Position numbers and translations under genes: made by a program. 42,101 bases of DNA from an uncultured Pelagibacteraceae bacterium (lineage in GTDB: Bacteria; Pseudomonadota; Alphaproteobacteria; Pelagibacterales; Pelagibacteraceae): NCBI GenBank assembly GCA_902531025.1, contig CACACV010000001.1, positions 1-42,101 of the forward strand. The letters run 5' to 3'. The notes beneath the pieces were generated by a model. It ran no database searches. It had not been told where the DNA came from and was given only the letters and a program-made list of their open reading frames with translations. Below, in pieces: positions 28,017-38,140 of this stretch; the stretch's first letter is position 1; every line of letters starts with the position of its first letter.

Positions 28017-28970
28017 TTATTTTTGAATAGTATTTAATTTATTTAATTCTTCCAAAAATTGAGGTAGTGCTTCAAATAAATCAGCCTCTAAACCATAATC
28101 AGCGACACTAAAAATAGGAGCCTCACCATCTTTGTTAATAGCAACAATCACTTTACTTTCCTTCATTCCAGCGAGATGCTGGATTGCGCCTGAGATACCA
28201 ACTGCTATATAAAGATCTGGAACTACTACTTTTCCTGTTTGACCGACTTGATGGTCGTTAGTAATATAGCCCGCATCAACAGCTGCCCTTGATGCTCCAA
28301 TAGCAGCATTTAGTTTATCTGCAACAGCTGTAATTAATTTGAAGTTATCTCCGCTTTGCATGCCTCTTCCACCTGATATAACAACTCTTGCTGTACCTAG
28401 TTCGGGTCTATCAGATTTAATTTCTTCTCTTTTGACAAATTTTATATTTGAGCTTGCCTCTGCGGCATCAGCTTTAACAATTTCCGCTGATCCTCCTGAA
28501 GTTGCGGCCGCATCAAAAGATGTTGGTCTAATAGTAATACATTTCTTCTTATCTGTACTTTTTACTGTTGCAAATGCATTGCCTGCATAAATAGGTCTTA
28601 AAAAAGTATCTGCAGAAATAACTTTAATTATATCACTTATTTGAGATGTATCTAATAATGCTGCTATTCTAGGCATTAAATTTTTACCAAATGTATTTGC
28701 TGAACAAATTATATGTGAATAATTTTCTGCATTTTTAACAACAACCGATGTAAAATTTTCGGCTAAATATTTTTCATAAATTTCATTGTCAACCTGTATT
28801 ACTTTTTTAACACTAGGTATTTGTGAAATTGATTTTGCAACTTCATCTGCATTATGACCTATTACTAATACATGTAAATTTTCATCAATTTGTGATGCAG
28901 CAGTTATTGCATTTAAAGTAAATGGTTTTAATTCTTTATTATTATGTTCTGCTATTAATAATGCGGACAT
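28017..28970 (-). CDS. etfA: Electron transfer flavoprotein alpha subunit
   Basis: [46 protein letters not shown]. Confidence 0.97.
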   Translation of the reverse strand: MSALLIAEHNNKELKPFTLNAITAASQIDENLHVLVIGHNADEVAKSISQIPSVKKVIQVDNEIYEKYLAENFTSVVVKNAENYSHIICSANTFGKNLMPRIAALLDTSQISDIIKVISADTFLRPIYAGNAFATVKSTDKKKCITIRPTSFDAAATSGGSAEIVKADAAEASSNIKFVKREEIKSDRPELGTARVVISGGRGMQSGDNFKLITAVADKLNAAIGASRAAVDAGYITNDHQVGQTGKVVVPDLYIAVGISGAIQHLAGMKESKVIVAINKDGEAPIFSVADYGLEADLFEALPQFLEELNKLNTIQK

Positions 28971-29719
28971 TATATTACTTTTGCCTCATTTTTTAATTTT
29001 TGTACAAGTTCTTCAACATTTGCAACTTTTATCCCTGCTTTTCTTTTAGGAGGTTCTTCTACTTTAATCATTTCAATTCTTGAATTTGTATCAATTCCTA
29101 AATCTGATGCATTGATTTGTTCAATAGGTTTCTTTTTTGCTTTCATAATATTTGGCAAAGATGCATATCTAGGTTCATTTAATCTTAAATCACAAGTAAC
29201 AATTGCAGGAGTATTAACTTCAACTGTTTCTAATCCTTCATCAACTTCTCTTGTTACTTCTAATGAATTTTCTTTAACTTCAATTTTAGAAGCAAATGTT
29301 GCTTGGGGCCAGTTTAAAAGAGCTCCAAGCATTTGACCGGTTTGGTTACAATCATCATCAATGGCTTGTTTACCCATAAAAACTAGGTCAGGCTTTTCTT
29401 TATCTACGATTTTTTGTAATATTTTTGAGACTGCTAAAGGTTCAATTATTCCATCAATCTTAACATGAATTCCTCTATCAGCTCCCACTGCTAGAGCTTT
29501 TCTTACTGTCTCCTGCGCTTTTTCTTCACCTACTGTAACTGCAACAATTTCTTTTGCCTTTCCCGACTCTTTAATTTTTACCGCTTCTTCAATTGCATTG
29601 TCATCAGGTGGATTTGTTGACATTTTAACATTATCTGTAACTACACCTGTTCCATCATCTTTAACTCTGACTTGAACGTTGTAATCTATAACCCTTTTAA
29701 CTGCGACTAATATTTTCAT
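28970..29719 (-). CDS. etfB: Electron transfer flavoprotein beta subunit
   Basis: [45 protein letters not shown]. Confidence 0.97.
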   Translation of the reverse strand: MKILVAVKRVIDYNVQVRVKDDGTGVVTDNVKMSTNPPDDNAIEEAVKIKESGKAKEIVAVTVGEEKAQETVRKALAVGADRGIHVKIDGIIEPLAVSKILQKIVDKEKPDLVFMGKQAIDDDCNQTGQMLGALLNWPQATFASKIEVKENSLEVTREVDEGLETVEVNTPAIVTCDLRLNEPRYASLPNIMKAKKKPIEQINASDLGIDTNSRIEMIKVEEPPKRKAGIKVANVEELVQKLKNEAKVI

Positions 29720-32151
29720 TAAGCTCTTAATAATTTATTTTCAGAATCATATGGACTTTCATCCAAAATGGTAGCGTCGTGCATTTTTCCCAAAATATCA
29801 ATTTTTAATTTTTGGCCAGTTGTCGCAAGCGCTGGTTTAACCATACCAAGTGCAATTGATTTTCCTAATCTAAAACCAAAATCTCCACCTGTAGCTCTTC
29901 CTACAACAGTACCATTTTCATAAATTGGATTATTGCCTAAAACGTCTGCATCAGAAGTATTATGCACTTCAAGTGTTACCAATTTATTTTCAAATCCTTT
30001 TTCTCTCCACTTGTTTAATGCTTCTAAGCCAATAAAATTTCCCTTATTTGGATGAATAAATCTATCTAATCCACTTTCATAAGGAGAATATTCTATCGAT
30101 AGTTCTGTTCCTACCAGCTTATAAGATTTTTCTACTCTCAAACTATTCATTGCTCTTATTCCATAAGGTTTAATACTTAAGTCATGTCCGGCTTCCATTA
30201 ATTTATCAAAAATATGATTTTGATATTCAATAGGATGGTGTAATTCCCAACCAAGCTCTCCCACAAAATTTACTCTCATTGCATTTACTGGAGCATAACC
30301 AACATCTATCATTTTTGAACTTAGCCATTTAAAATTATCATTAGAAAAGTCATCTTTTGATACTCTTTGCATTAACTCTCTAGCTTTAGGTCCTGAAACA
30401 ACTAAAACTCCATTACTATTAGTTAAATTTTCAAATTGTACTGAGCCATCATCAGGTATCCATTTTAATATCCAGTCATGATCTAATCTTTGAAAAGCGC
30501 CTGCAGAAACTAGATAAAAACTATTTTCTGACTCTCTCATAATAGTAAATTCAGAATGAACTCCTCCTTTTGTATTAAGAGCATGACATAGATTAATTCT
30601 ACCAACTTTTTTTGGTAATTTGTTAGCAACTAACATATCTAAAAACTCCTCTGCACCTGGTCCTTTAATTCTACATTTTGCAAAAGCTGACATATCAAGA
30701 AGACCAACATTTTCTTTTACATTCTTGCATTCTTTTTCTACTGCTTTGAACCAATTTGATCTTCTAAAAGACCAATCATCTTCCTGTTTCATTCCATCAG
30801 TTGCAAAAAAGTTTGGTCGTTCCCATCCAAATTTTTGACCAAATACTGCTCCAAGATTTTTCATTCTCTCATAGCAAGGCGCTGTTCTTAAAGGTCTAGC
30901 AGCTGGTCTTTCTTCATCTGGAAAATGAGTGATAAAAACATGACTGTAAGCTTCTTCATTTTTTTCTTTTAGATAAGATTTAGAACAGTAATCACCATAT
31001 CTTCTTGGTTCTACACCTAGCATATCGATAGTAGGTTCTCCGTCTATTATCCATTCAGCTAATTGCCATCCAGCTCCACCTGCTGCAGTTATTCCAAAAC
31101 TGTGTCCTTCGTTAATCCAAAAATTTTTTAGTCCCCATGCTGGTCCAACTATTGGGTTTCCATCTGGTGTGTAACAGATTGCACCATTATAAACTTTTTT
31201 AACCCCTACTTCTCCAAACGCTGGAACTCTATGTATTGCCCCTTCGATGTGTGGAGCTAATCTATCTAAATCTTCTTGAAATAATTCATATTCTGAATCT
31301 TTTGACGGTCCATTAACATAACATGCGGGTGCGCCGTCTTCATAAGGTCCTAAAATTAATCCACCAGCTTCTTCTCTCATATACCATCTACTATCACTGT
31401 CTCTCAACACTCCCATCTCTGGAAGTCCTTCTTTTTTTCTTTTTTGAATTTCAGGATGTGGTTCTGTTACAATATATTGGTGTTCTACTGGAATAACTGG
31501 AATATCTAATCCAACCATTTTTCCAGTTTGTCTTGCAAAATTCCCTGAACAAGAAATTATATGTTCGCATTCAATTGTTCCTTTGTCAGTTTCAACAACC
31601 CATCCATCTTTTGTCTGCTTCATGCCAACTACAGTAGTATTTCTATAAATTTCTGCGCCTCTATTTCTTGCTCCTGTTGCAAGTGCTTGTGTTAGATCAG
31701 CTGGTTGAATGTAACCATCCTCAGGATGTTGAATGGCACCAACAAGATCTGAAGTGTTACACAATGGCCAAATTTCTTTTACTTGATCTGGTGTTAAAAA
31801 ATTTACATTGACACCAATTGTTTGTGCTACACCAGCATACTGATGATATTCATCCATTCTGTCTTTATTGTTTGCTAATCTTATATTTGAGACAACACTA
31901 AAACCCACATTCTTGCCTGTTTCTTCTTCTAATTTTTTATATAAATCAACAGCATACTTATGTAACTGTCCTACTGAATAACTCATATTGAATAATGGAA
32001 GTAATCCTGCTGCATGCCAAGTAGACCCTGAAGTTAATTCTTTTCTTTCAATAAGAACTACATCTGACCAACCTTTTTTTGCTAAATGATAAAGAGCACT
32101 TACACCAACTACTCCACCACCAACTACTACAACTTTTGCTTTTGACTTCAT
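29719..32151 (-). CDS. GcvT-family FAD-dependent dimethylglycine dehydrogenase-like protein, paralog 2 (coupled to ETF)
   Basis: [44 protein letters not shown]; stop overlaps the etfB start. Confidence 0.9.
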   Translation of the reverse strand: MKSKAKVVVVGGGVVGVSALYHLAKKGWSDVVLIERKELTSGSTWHAAGLLPLFNMSYSVGQLHKYAVDLYKKLEEETGKNVGFSVVSNIRLANNKDRMDEYHQYAGVAQTIGVNVNFLTPDQVKEIWPLCNTSDLVGAIQHPEDGYIQPADLTQALATGARNRGAEIYRNTTVVGMKQTKDGWVVETDKGTIECEHIISCSGNFARQTGKMVGLDIPVIPVEHQYIVTEPHPEIQKRKKEGLPEMGVLRDSDSRWYMREEAGGLILGPYEDGAPACYVNGPSKDSEYELFQEDLDRLAPHIEGAIHRVPAFGEVGVKKVYNGAICYTPDGNPIVGPAWGLKNFWINEGHSFGITAAGGAGWQLAEWIIDGEPTIDMLGVEPRRYGDYCSKSYLKEKNEEAYSHVFITHFPDEERPAARPLRTAPCYERMKNLGAVFGQKFGWERPNFFATDGMKQEDDWSFRRSNWFKAVEKECKNVKENVGLLDMSAFAKCRIKGPGAEEFLDMLVANKLPKKVGRINLCHALNTKGGVHSEFTIMRESENSFYLVSAGAFQRLDHDWILKWIPDDGSVQFENLTNSNGVLVVSGPKARELMQRVSKDDFSNDNFKWLSSKMIDVGYAPVNAMRVNFVGELGWELHHPIEYQNHIFDKLMEAGHDLSIKPYGIRAMNSLRVEKSYKLVGTELSIEYSPYESGLDRFIHPNKGNFIGLEALNKWREKGFENKLVTLEVHNTSDADVLGNNPIYENGTVVGRATGGDFGFRLGKSIALGMVKPALATTGQKLKIDILGKMHDATILDESPYDSENKLLRA

Positions 32152-32203
32152 CTTGCGACTTCTACTAAATTTTTATAATTAACGAAACAAAATTTTTCAC
32201 GTT

Positions 32204-32689
32204 TTATATAGAGGATCCCATAGGCATAGGTTGAGAAACAGCCGTAGTAAGCCAGCAATTTTTGAGTGGACCATCTAATTTATATTTTTCTACCTGCCAT
32301 TTAAATTTATAATAATTTTTTTCTTTATCTAGGACTGTCACTTCAAAGGTTGCGACTTCAGTAGACTTGTAAACTTCTTTAATTTCATGTCCTTTGTGAT
32401 TTATAAGCATAGAATATGAGTCGGTTTTCATCATATTTTTAAATCTTTCAAGAGGGCCTGTTACTCTTTGATTTTTTGGATGAGCAAATTCCCAAGTTTG
32501 AACTATTCCAAAATCTTTATAAGGAGAATCATTTTTCATTAACGCAGTTAATTGCATCTTAACTACTTTAATCGCCTGTATATTGATGTTTGGTTTTACG
32601 ATATCAGCAAAAGATGTATTGCTGGTTAAAAAAAATATTAAAATAATATTAAATAAGTACTTATAACTTTTTTGCTGTAATCTTAACAT
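32204..32689 (-). CDS. Exported hypothetical protein, DUF4864-like
   Basis: Signal-peptide-like N-terminus, QLTAL..ND, WEFAHP.N...GPLERF..M, CWLTTAV; start moved to ATG 32689 to reduce overlap. Confidence 0.7.
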   Translation of the reverse strand: MLRLQQKSYKYLFNIILIFFLTSNTSFADIVKPNINIQAIKVVKMQLTALMKNDSPYKDFGIVQTWEFAHPKNQRVTGPLERFKNMMKTDSYSMLINHKGHEIKEVYKSTEVATFEVTVLDKEKNYYKFKWQVEKYKLDGPLKNCWLTTAVSQPMPMGSSI

Positions 32690-33230
32690 CTTCAAGAAAT
32701 TTTTTTCTTTTTTCATTGCTAACAAATGGTACAGCAAAATACCTTTTATATACAACATCAGTAATGCCACATATATTAAATACACCTCTTCTCAGTCTTT
32801 TGGTTGGCATGTTTAAAAAAAAAGTTCTAATTGCAAACTGTGGTGATCCATAAGTACAAAAAACAATTGCTTTTTTTCCTTTTAAGTTACCTATAGGATA
32901 TCCATAATTTCCAAACAATTTTTTAAATCTAAATGCCCATGGTGGCGCTAATACTTTGTCAATCCAACCTTCTAGGATCGCAGGCATTCTAAAGTTCCAT
33001 ATTGGAGCGATCAATACTATAACATCTGAGTCTTCTATTCTTTTTTGATGATCAAGAACAATTTCGTTTGGTTTTTCGCCAGCAAAAACTGGGTCAAATT
33101 TTTCTTTATACAAGTCAAGAAAATCAACTTGGTTTCCATTTTCTATTACTGTTTTAATAAAAGTATCTTTAATAGCTGCATTAAATGATTTGTCATCATA
33201 GTGACCATAAACTACAAAAATTTTTTTCAT
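32661..33230 (-). CDS. NAD(P)H:quinone oxidoreductase, flavodoxin-2 family (KefF/MdaB-like)
   Basis: YGH...SFN, DLYKEKFDP, PIWNFRMPAILEGWIDKV, TYGSP. Confidence 0.9.
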   Translation of the reverse strand: MKKIFVVYGHYDDKSFNAAIKDTFIKTVIENGNQVDFLDLYKEKFDPVFAGEKPNEIVLDHQKRIEDSDVIVLIAPIWNFRMPAILEGWIDKVLAPPWAFRFKKLFGNYGYPIGNLKGKKAIVFCTYGSPQFAIRTFFLNMPTKRLRRGVFNICGITDVVYKRYFAVPFVSNEKRKKFLEDVKITAKKL

Positions 33231-33697
33231 TAACTTCTTAAAACAGGAAATACTGGATTAGATTTTTGAAATAATCTTTGGTATTCTTGTTTTATACACT
33301 TGTTAGAAACAAAATCCATATTTTGATCTTTTGCAATTTTTTCTGCCTCATCATTATGAATTCCATATTGCAACCATAAAACTTTACTTCTTTTTTTAAC
33401 AGCTTCATTTGCAATTCCAATCGCTTCTTTTGAAGGTCGAAAAACATCAACAATGTCGATTTCATCAGAAATCTTATCCAAACTACTTATAACTTTTTCT
33501 CCATTAATAACCTCTCCTTCAGCAAATGGATTAATTGGATAGACTTTATAACCAAAATCCTGCATATATTTCATAACAACATTTGCAGGTTTTCTTTTTA
33601 AATTTTTTTTGTCCTCTCCCTTTTTTTCAGAACTAACACCAATCATTGCTATTGTTTTAGAATTTCTTAGAAGTTCCTTTATTTGATTGTCATTCAT
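33230..33697 (-). CDS. CoA-binding protein (YccU-like)
   Basis: TIAMIGVS, YKVYPINP, IDIVDVFRP, LWLQYGI, KCIK. Confidence 0.92.
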   Translation of the reverse strand: MNDNQIKELLRNSKTIAMIGVSSEKKGEDKKNLKRKPANVVMKYMQDFGYKVYPINPFAEGEVINGEKVISSLDKISDEIDIVDVFRPSKEAIGIANEAVKKRSKVLWLQYGIHNDEAEKIAKDQNMDFVSNKCIKQEYQRLFQKSNPVFPVLRS

Positions 33698-34470
33698 TAT
33701 TTATCTTTCCAATTTGGTTTTCTTTTTTCAAAAAATGCTGAAATCCCTTCTTTTGCATCATGTGACATCATATTTAAAGTCATCATTTTACTTGTAAAAT
33801 TATATGCTTCTCTTAATGGCATTTCTAACTGTTTATAAAAAGCTTGTTTCCCAATTTTAATTGTAAGATTTGATTTAGAAGCAATTTTTTTTGCCATCTT
33901 TAATACTTCGTTATTTAATTTTACTTTTGAAAAACAATCATTGATTAATCCAATGTCTTTAGCATAATTAGCTTTAATTGGTTCTCCGGTTAAAAGCATT
34001 TTCATCATAATTTTTCTATTAATTTTTCTACTAACAGCAACCATTGGAGTGCTACAAAATAAACCGATATTTACGCCAGGTGTAGCAAATGAGGCATCCT
34101 TAGTGCTATATGCTAAATCACAACTGGCAGCCAATTGACATCCTGCAGCATAAGCTGCTCCATGTACTTTTGCAATTACTGGTTTTCTTCCCTCTACAAT
34201 TTGAATCATTAATTTTGAACATAGATTAAATAATTTTAAATGATTAGATCTATTTTTATACCCTCTTACTTCTTTTAAATTATGACCTGCGCTAAAGCCT
34301 TTTCCAGCACCTTCAAGAATTATAACTTTAGTTTTATTATCTCTATCAAGATTTTTAAAAGCCTTTAGCAATTCACTTAATGTTTTAAATGATAATGAAT
34401 TATATGTTTTTGGATCATTAATAATAACGTTTTTAATACCCTCTCCCATATTTTTTATAACTACATTCAT
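33697..34470 (-). CDS. Enoyl-CoA hydratase/crotonase family protein
   Basis: FSAGHNLKE, PVIAKVHG, AAGCQLAASCD, FATPGVNIGLFCSTP, AFFEKRKP. Confidence 0.93.
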   Translation of the reverse strand: MNVVIKNMGEGIKNVIINDPKTYNSLSFKTLSELLKAFKNLDRDNKTKVIILEGAGKGFSAGHNLKEVRGYKNRSNHLKLFNLCSKLMIQIVEGRKPVIAKVHGAAYAAGCQLAASCDLAYSTKDASFATPGVNIGLFCSTPMVAVSRKINRKIMMKMLLTGEPIKANYAKDIGLINDCFSKVKLNNEVLKMAKKIASKSNLTIKIGKQAFYKQLEMPLREAYNFTSKMMTLNMMSHDAKEGISAFFEKRKPNWKDK

Positions 34471-34488
34471 AATAAATTAAATTAGATT

Positions 34489-34863
34489 TTATTTTAACTT
34501 ACCTTCATCTCTCATTTTTGCTCTTATTTTTGTAGCAGAAATTTTTTGTATTTCTTCAGGTAAAACAATTTCTTCTATTTTATAACCTACTCCTCTCCCG
34601 TAACAGATATTTGTAATATTAGGTACCATCATAATTTTAAATCTTCCCTCGAATTCAGGATTTAATTTATCTTCTATGTTCTTTTTAACAGTTTCAAAAT
34701 CAAATGGATTATCATCTACTCCTTTAACGTCTCTAATTTGAATACAAACCTGGCCAGTTTTTTTTATAATTTCTTTAAATAATGTGTAATGACCTTCATG
34801 GAATGGTTGCCATCTACCCAACATTTGTGCTGTTGGTTTTTTATTATCCCATTGATATGTCAC
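34489..34863 (-). CDS. Small HxGH nucleotidyltransferase (cytidylyltransferase-like)
   Basis: MLGRWQPFHEGH, DNPF, ISATKIR (SxT/SxxR motif). Confidence 0.85.
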   Translation of the reverse strand: MTYQWDNKKPTAQMLGRWQPFHEGHYTLFKEIIKKTGQVCIQIRDVKGVDDNPFDFETVKKNIEDKLNPEFEGRFKIMMVPNITNICYGRGVGYKIEEIVLPEEIQKISATKIRAKMRDEGKLK

Positions 34864-35270
34864 TATTTTATCTCCTTTATTATTTTAGATGCCCACAGTT
34901 TAGCATTTTGGGTAGTTACATGAAAATCATATTTTTCTGGTTTTACAAACATTTGGTTTGTATCTTCAAATCTTCCTTCCTTAATTGTATCTACCCAAAT
35001 AATAAAATCTGCAGGAAATAAACTTCTTGCTTCAGGTGTAGGGCAAATAAAATCTACGACTACATAATTTCTGTCATTTTTTAATTTTAAAGCATGTTCT
35101 GCCATTCTTCTTGCTTGTCTTTTTCTTCCTTCTTCGGAAAAATCCCAGTCATTTGCAGCTTTTCTTATTTCATCAGCATTTAATCTTTTTGCTTCAAGCA
35201 TTGGTGCTAATTCATCTGCGAGTGTTGTCTTACCTGCGCCAGGCAAACCCATAACTAAAATTATCTTCAT
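34863..35270 (-). CDS. Short adenylyl-sulfate-kinase-like P-loop kinase
   Basis: MGLPGAGKTTLA Walker A, NADEIR, DFSEEGR, VVDFICP, FVKP. Confidence 0.82.
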   Translation of the reverse strand: MKIILVMGLPGAGKTTLADELAPMLEAKRLNADEIRKAANDWDFSEEGRKRQARRMAEHALKLKNDRNYVVVDFICPTPEARSLFPADFIIWVDTIKEGRFEDTNQMFVKPEKYDFHVTTQNAKLWASKIIKEIK

Positions 35271-36505
35271 TAAATATCTTCTAAAGGATGATGAGACATA
35301 AGTTCAAGATTATTTTGTCCCACTAAATATTGTTGTTCTAATTTAACACCTTCCTTCCCACCAACTTTACCAATGTAACTTTCAAGTGTTATTGTCATAT
35401 TTTTTTCGAAACACCCTCCTTGTTCTCCACCATCGGTTGGATACTTAATTTGAGGCCATTCATCACAAAGACCAATTCCATGAACCATACATGAATAGCG
35501 ATTACCATAATAATCTTGAGGCAAAACCCAAGACTTTGAAACAAACTCTTTAAAAGACATTCCAGGTTTTATTAAGCGCGAATTATGATCAATTTGATCA
35601 GTGGCCATTGAATATAGTTTTTTTTGCTCTTCATTAAATTTATGACCAACTACATAAGCTCTAGAAATATCTGCACAATACCCATATGGTCCAACCATAT
35701 CGGTATCGAAAGCAACCATCTCGCCGGTTTGCATTACTTTATTGCTGCTCTCTTGCATCCACGGATTAGTTCTTTCGCCTGAAGAAAGTATTCTACATTC
35801 AATCCATTCTCCTCCATGTTCAATATTTGTTTTATGAAGTATTGACCAAAGTTCATCCTCCGTCATACCTGCTCTGAGCTCTTCTCGCATTTTTGCAACA
35901 CCTATATCAGCAACTTCTAATGCAGCTTTCATACATATGAGTTCTTCGGGAGATTTAATAACTCTTGCTTGTTCTAAAATTAATTTGGCATCAACTACTT
36001 CAATCCCAGCTTTATGTAAAGCAGTTACTGCTGGCCCATTAATTACATCAATAGCTATTTTTTTATTTTTGAAATAATTTTTTGATAGATCTTTTATTTC
36101 ATTAATCCATTTTTTTAATTGAGAACTTGCTTGATCTCCATTGCTAAAATAATCCCATGTAATTGAAGGTCTAATTTCATCTATTAAATCCAAATCCTTA
36201 GATAAAATTTCGCAATTAAAATACTCATATAAAATTGTTGGACCATCAACAGGAACAAAACAATATCTCGTTAAATTATGCATATTATAAACACTCATAT
36301 TTACTGTGTCTAAAGCATATCTAATGTTTACTGGATCAAATAATATACAAGCTTCAAGATTATTTTTTTCTAATTCTTTTTTTACTCTATCAAGTCTATA
36401 AGATCTTAATTTATTAAAGTCTATTTCATCTTCTCTGATTCTTTTTTTTGTAATAAATTTTTTATTTAGTTTTGTGTCTGGAAATATTTTTCTATTAAAC
36501 TTCAT
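35270..36505 (-). CDS. dddP: DddP-like DMSP lyase (M24B metallopeptidase fold)
   Basis: FDPVNIRYALD, GGEWIECRILSSGERTNPW, FDTDMVGPYGYCADISR, HGIGLCDEWP, LESYIG, VKLEQ; DddP-type metal ligands and the catalytic Asp are present. Confidence 0.78.
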   Translation of the reverse strand: MKFNRKIFPDTKLNKKFITKKRIREDEIDFNKLRSYRLDRVKKELEKNNLEACILFDPVNIRYALDTVNMSVYNMHNLTRYCFVPVDGPTILYEYFNCEILSKDLDLIDEIRPSITWDYFSNGDQASSQLKKWINEIKDLSKNYFKNKKIAIDVINGPAVTALHKAGIEVVDAKLILEQARVIKSPEELICMKAALEVADIGVAKMREELRAGMTEDELWSILHKTNIEHGGEWIECRILSSGERTNPWMQESSNKVMQTGEMVAFDTDMVGPYGYCADISRAYVVGHKFNEEQKKLYSMATDQIDHNSRLIKPGMSFKEFVSKSWVLPQDYYGNRYSCMVHGIGLCDEWPQIKYPTDGGEQGGCFEKNMTITLESYIGKVGGKEGVKLEQQYLVGQNNLELMSHHPLEDI

Positions 36506-36509
36506 TTAA

Positions 36510-36950
36510 TTAAAGCATCTGAATACCAACACCAGTTTTTGGATATGTATAAAGGTTGTAATTTGCACATAATTCTTCTCCAGATTTTATATCCTTTATC
36601 GATACCATAAACATATATTTTGCATCAGATTTTTCTTGCAAATTATAATACATATTTTCTCTATCGGTATCCTTTTCATCAAACTTTTTTGCTTTTGCGC
36701 TAGTATCTATTGGATCTCCAAACTTTAATGTAGGCAATACATTCGATACCATTCTCATTACTGTTGGTTCGTTTGAATGATTATAAAAACCTCCCAAAGG
36801 AGTTCTGATATATTTGTTTTCAAATTGCTCATCTCTAATATGAGTTACTCCAATAAATGAATTTGCTTTAATTTCTGTTGTTGCAAACAATCCTAAACCT
36901 TCAATTGGTGAGTTTTTAATTGTTAATCCATCTGGCAAAGGCCTATACAT
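36510..36950 (-). CDS. Stand-alone SET-domain methyltransferase
   Basis: SPIEGLGLFA (motif I), GGFYNHSNEP (NHS), IKDIKSGEELCANY (GEELxxxY). Confidence 0.88.
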   Translation of the reverse strand: MYRPLPDGLTIKNSPIEGLGLFATTEIKANSFIGVTHIRDEQFENKYIRTPLGGFYNHSNEPTVMRMVSNVLPTLKFGDPIDTSAKAKKFDEKDTDRENMYYNLQEKSDAKYMFMVSIKDIKSGEELCANYNLYTYPKTGVGIQML

Positions 36951-36964
36951 ATTTTCCGCTCTTT

Positions 36965-38140
36965 CTAAACAATATTAGTTGCTACCCATTTATGAAAATG
37001 ATGTGTTGGATTATCCATAATCGGTGAAAAATTTCCACCATTATATGAAGGAGAGTTTCTGCCCTCTTGCATTCCCTCAATTATATTCAAATCCTCCTTT
37101 TGTATTGCTTTCCATAACTTATAGTTTTGTTTTCTTAATGATTTAAATTTATTTGAATTTGCGGCTTTTTCGCCCACATAATAAATTTCCATGTGTTCTT
37201 TTGTATATTTATGATCAACAGGCTCAAGCCAATAAGCATAGAAATGGTCTTTGTGAATTCCTAGCATTACGTTTGGGAATAGCGCAACATATTCTGCTAT
37301 ATGCTCTTTGTTTTTTGGCCAGTTAGGAAAACATGGAAATTTTTCTTTTCCTTTCAATTTTGGATTATAAACTTTAGTTCCTTGTCCCGCAAATCTATTT
37401 GGTAAACCTTGAATATGATAATGATCATTAATTTTTGAGTAAGAATTTAATCCAGGATGAACCCAAGGCAAATGATAACTTTCACAATAATTTTCTATTG
37501 CAAATTTCCAATTACATTTTACGTTTAGATTAAAGTATCCATAATCATTTGAATAAACCATTAGATCTCTATCTTTAGTGGGCCAAAATTCCTCCCATCT
37601 ATCGCTCAATGGTTTAATATATTCTTCAAATTTTATTTCATTTTCACCAATATTTACAAAAATCATATCGAGCCAAACATAAGATCTAATTTCTTTTAAA
37701 CCACTTTTTGATTTATCAAATTTTTTTGAACTATGTTTATTCATTCCTCCAAGATGTGGGGTAGCTACTAAATTTCCTAAAGTATCATATGACCAAGAAT
37801 GGTATGGACATCTAATAACATTTTTTATTTTACAGCTTTCTTGTAAGATTTTATAACCTCGATGACTGCAAACATTATGAAAAACTCTAATCTTATTTTG
37901 CTTATCTCTCAAAATCATTATCGGGATACCCAATAAATCAAATGGTTTTGCATCTCCTTTATTAGGTAAAGAACTTGCTATTCCAATTACAACCCATTTA
38001 TGTTCAAATAGTTTTTTTCTTTCTAGTTTTGTGTACTCTTGACTTGTATAGCATTCATTGGGGAGACCATGAGATTTATCAATTGGTTTTTTTACAATGT
38101 CTAATTTTTTCTTTTCTATAATATTATATATCTCAGACAT
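36965..38140 (-). CDS. Rieske non-heme iron oxygenase alpha subunit (choline monooxygenase/CntA/GbcA-like group)
   Basis: NVCSHRG..CPYHSW Rieske motif; NWK..ENYCESYH...VH mononuclear Fe motif with bridging Glu; EDLNIIEGMQEG. Confidence 0.9.
   Translation of the reverse strand: MSEIYNIIEKKKLDIVKKPIDKSHGLPNECYTSQEYTKLERKKLFEHKWVVIGIASSLPNKGDAKPFDLLGIPIMILRDKQNKIRVFHNVCSHRGYKILQESCKIKNVIRCPYHSWSYDTLGNLVATPHLGGMNKHSSKKFDKSKSGLKEIRSYVWLDMIFVNIGENEIKFEEYIKPLSDRWEEFWPTKDRDLMVYSNDYGYFNLNVKCNWKFAIENYCESYHLPWVHPGLNSYSKINDHYHIQGLPNRFAGQGTKVYNPKLKGKEKFPCFPNWPKNKEHIAEYVALFPNVMLGIHKDHFYAYWLEPVDHKYTKEHMEIYYVGEKAANSNKFKSLRKQNYKLWKAIQKEDLNIIEGMQEGRNSPSYNGGNFSPIMDNPTHHFHKWVATNIV

Noticed and set aside
32690-32785. 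Long N-terminal extension of the DUF4864-like ORF
   Set aside because: Would overlap the upstream reductase by 125 nt; ATG 32689 gives a normal signal-peptide-like start
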